Part shown: piece after piece, positions 62,100 through 64,000 of the stretch | Layout: every line of letters starts with the position of its first letter | Position numbering within the stretch: the first letter of the stretch is position 1 | Source of the DNA: the human T2T-CHM13v2.0 reference genome, Homo sapiens | Direction: 5' to 3' (one strand) | Assembly: GCF_009914755.1 (NCBI RefSeq) | Contig: NC_060945.1 | DNA: 64,000 bases | Translations under genes and position numbers: made by a program | The notes under the pieces: generated by a model | Database searches by the model: none | What the model was told of the DNA's origin: nothing | What the model saw: only the letters and a program-made list of their open reading frames with translations

Positions 62100-64000
62100 A
62101 GGAAATGAACTATTCAAATACTAGAAGAAAACAAAGGTAAATTCCTCTCTAACTTATGGTTTGGAAAATATTTTTACATATGACTCAAATTCTGCATTCA
62201 AGAAAATGTAGATATCTCTGACTTTAAAAGATTTTAAAAAACTTTGTTTTCCAAACTACCATAAAAAACCAACAAGTGACAAAAGCAAATAACAAAAACT
62301 TAGAAGAAACTTGTAATAACAGAGATAAAGGATTAATGTATATTTTAAGAATATGAAACACTCTTAAAATTGAAGGAATCAAGACCAAAACCATACAGGA
62401 AAATAAACAAAACATGAATAGGGATGTCCCAAAATTATATAATGACCTTTAAAACATGATATATTTACATTCACTTATAATAGATGCATACATCTCAAAA
62501 CCATGCTGAGATACCACTTCTTGTCTGTCAGATTATCAAAAATTAAAATCTTGGTAACTTATTCCATTGGTGAGGCTATTACAAAACAGTCTCACAGATT
62601 CATACTTTATAAAAGAAAATTTGGCTATATTGAACAAACCTATATGTTTATACTGTTACTTAGAAATTTCACTGAATATAAGCTTCTGTAAATATAAAAA
62701 TAGTTCTTATAGCACCAGGTATAATTACAGAATACTGAAAACAAATTAGTTACCTGTATACAGGGCATTGCTTAAATACACTCTGATAAATACTCAGATG
62801 GCGGTAATAGCAGCTGCAAAAGAAATGTGGAAAATTTCTATTAACTGATATTGACTAACTTATAGGCTGTATTAATTACATTTAAAAAGAAGCCTTCAAA
62901 ATATTGTATTTTTTTCTATAAGAAAAAGAGGATGATAATTAAGTACTCATGCATCTGCTTAGTTTTACAAAGATCAACCCAGTAGAGATAAGCTAGACAA
63001 AATTCTAATTGATTATTTACAAGCGTGAGTAGGAACAGATTGGAAATGTTGGTGGTGATGGTTTGAGACTTCTCTATGTCTACCTTTTTTGTAGCTTTTA
63101 CTTTTTGAAACCACATTGCAAAATAAAACCAATGAGCTAGAAAAAAAATTAGAAATACAAACAGCAACTAAGGAAACTCTGTATTTCAAATGACTAATAT
63201 GACCAAGGTAAAAAAACAGGAAATAACTAACCAATGCAACTTAAAAACGGAGTATTGTATTGATACATCATCAGTTTACAAAGAAAAATAACCCTAGACA
63301 AATACTGTACTATAGTTACTAGGTTTGGGTTTTTTTGGCTATGATATTGCTAGAAATTCTAAAACTACCCTAATTTTAGCTTTAAGCAAACAAATTATTA
63401 TACTGAGGATAAATGGAGCCAGATTTCTCACTGATGAAGAAATGAATTACGAATACGTAAATGGAAGGAGAGTAGACCCTGTGGTGTTTAACCAGGCATT
63501 TAGGTATCATTGTGAACACATGGTCAAAGTCTTTGTGGAGAGGTAGCTGATTTTAGGACTGGGCAAGTAAAGTACAAGATGAAATTAGAACATCTTCTTT
63601 TGTTAGAAAGCAAGTTGCATTAAAAATAAATAGGGCATTAAAAAATACACACTGAATTCAGTTTGAAGGGGTTTTTATTGGATAAATCTGGGGCAATTTG
63701 ACAATCAAAATTAATAATAATAAAGTATCAACAAATTAAAAACCAATAAATCAAATGAGAAATCATGTATTTATACATATGTAAATAAATACACAATTGT
63801 ATAAAGAGGGTAAAAGGAAAAATATTCATTTAGGGTGGAATTATACCTAATAAATGTACAGGAATGATAGAATTATGGAGATTTTTCAAACTGTCATTTA
63901 GCAGTCATCATATTAATAATTATTTCAAGTAAGATTCAGCAACTGATGCCAAAATAGATGGTAAAAGTTTGCTGAGAAGTAGGGCGTGAAAATTTTATAT
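62100..64000 (+). mobile_element. L1MC-type ORF2 end and 3' UTR remnant
   Basis: CTAGAAGAAAAC, AACCATGCTGAGATACCAC and an L1MC4-like A-rich 3' UTR. Boundaries approximate. Confidence 0.6.

Overview
AT-rich, CpG-poor hominoid (probably human) genomic DNA with no intact protein-coding gene that I can support. The window is mostly layered transposon fossils. SINEs and LINEs: about 10 Alus, two young L1PA copies (one with a twin-priming 5' inversion), older L1PA13-16/L1M pieces and L2. LTR elements: the 3' end of an ERV1 (MER4-group) provirus with an env TM remnant and LTR9/MER61-type LTR, a decayed ERVL gag-pol provirus, a full-length THE1 provirus and many solo LTRs. DNA transposons: two Tigger-family copies. 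Two cellular-RNA retrocopies are present: a SREK1IP1 processed pseudogene and a tailless 5'-half tRNA-Cys copy with an exact 18-bp TSD. I found no new multi-gene system. The most notable oddities are the tRNA-half retrocopy, an ancient ~250-bp inverted duplication inside ERVL pol, the inverted L1, and a tandem duplication that doubles a perfect STAT/GAS motif. Family names come from recalled consensus sequences, not a database search, and need RepeatMasker/Dfam confirmation.
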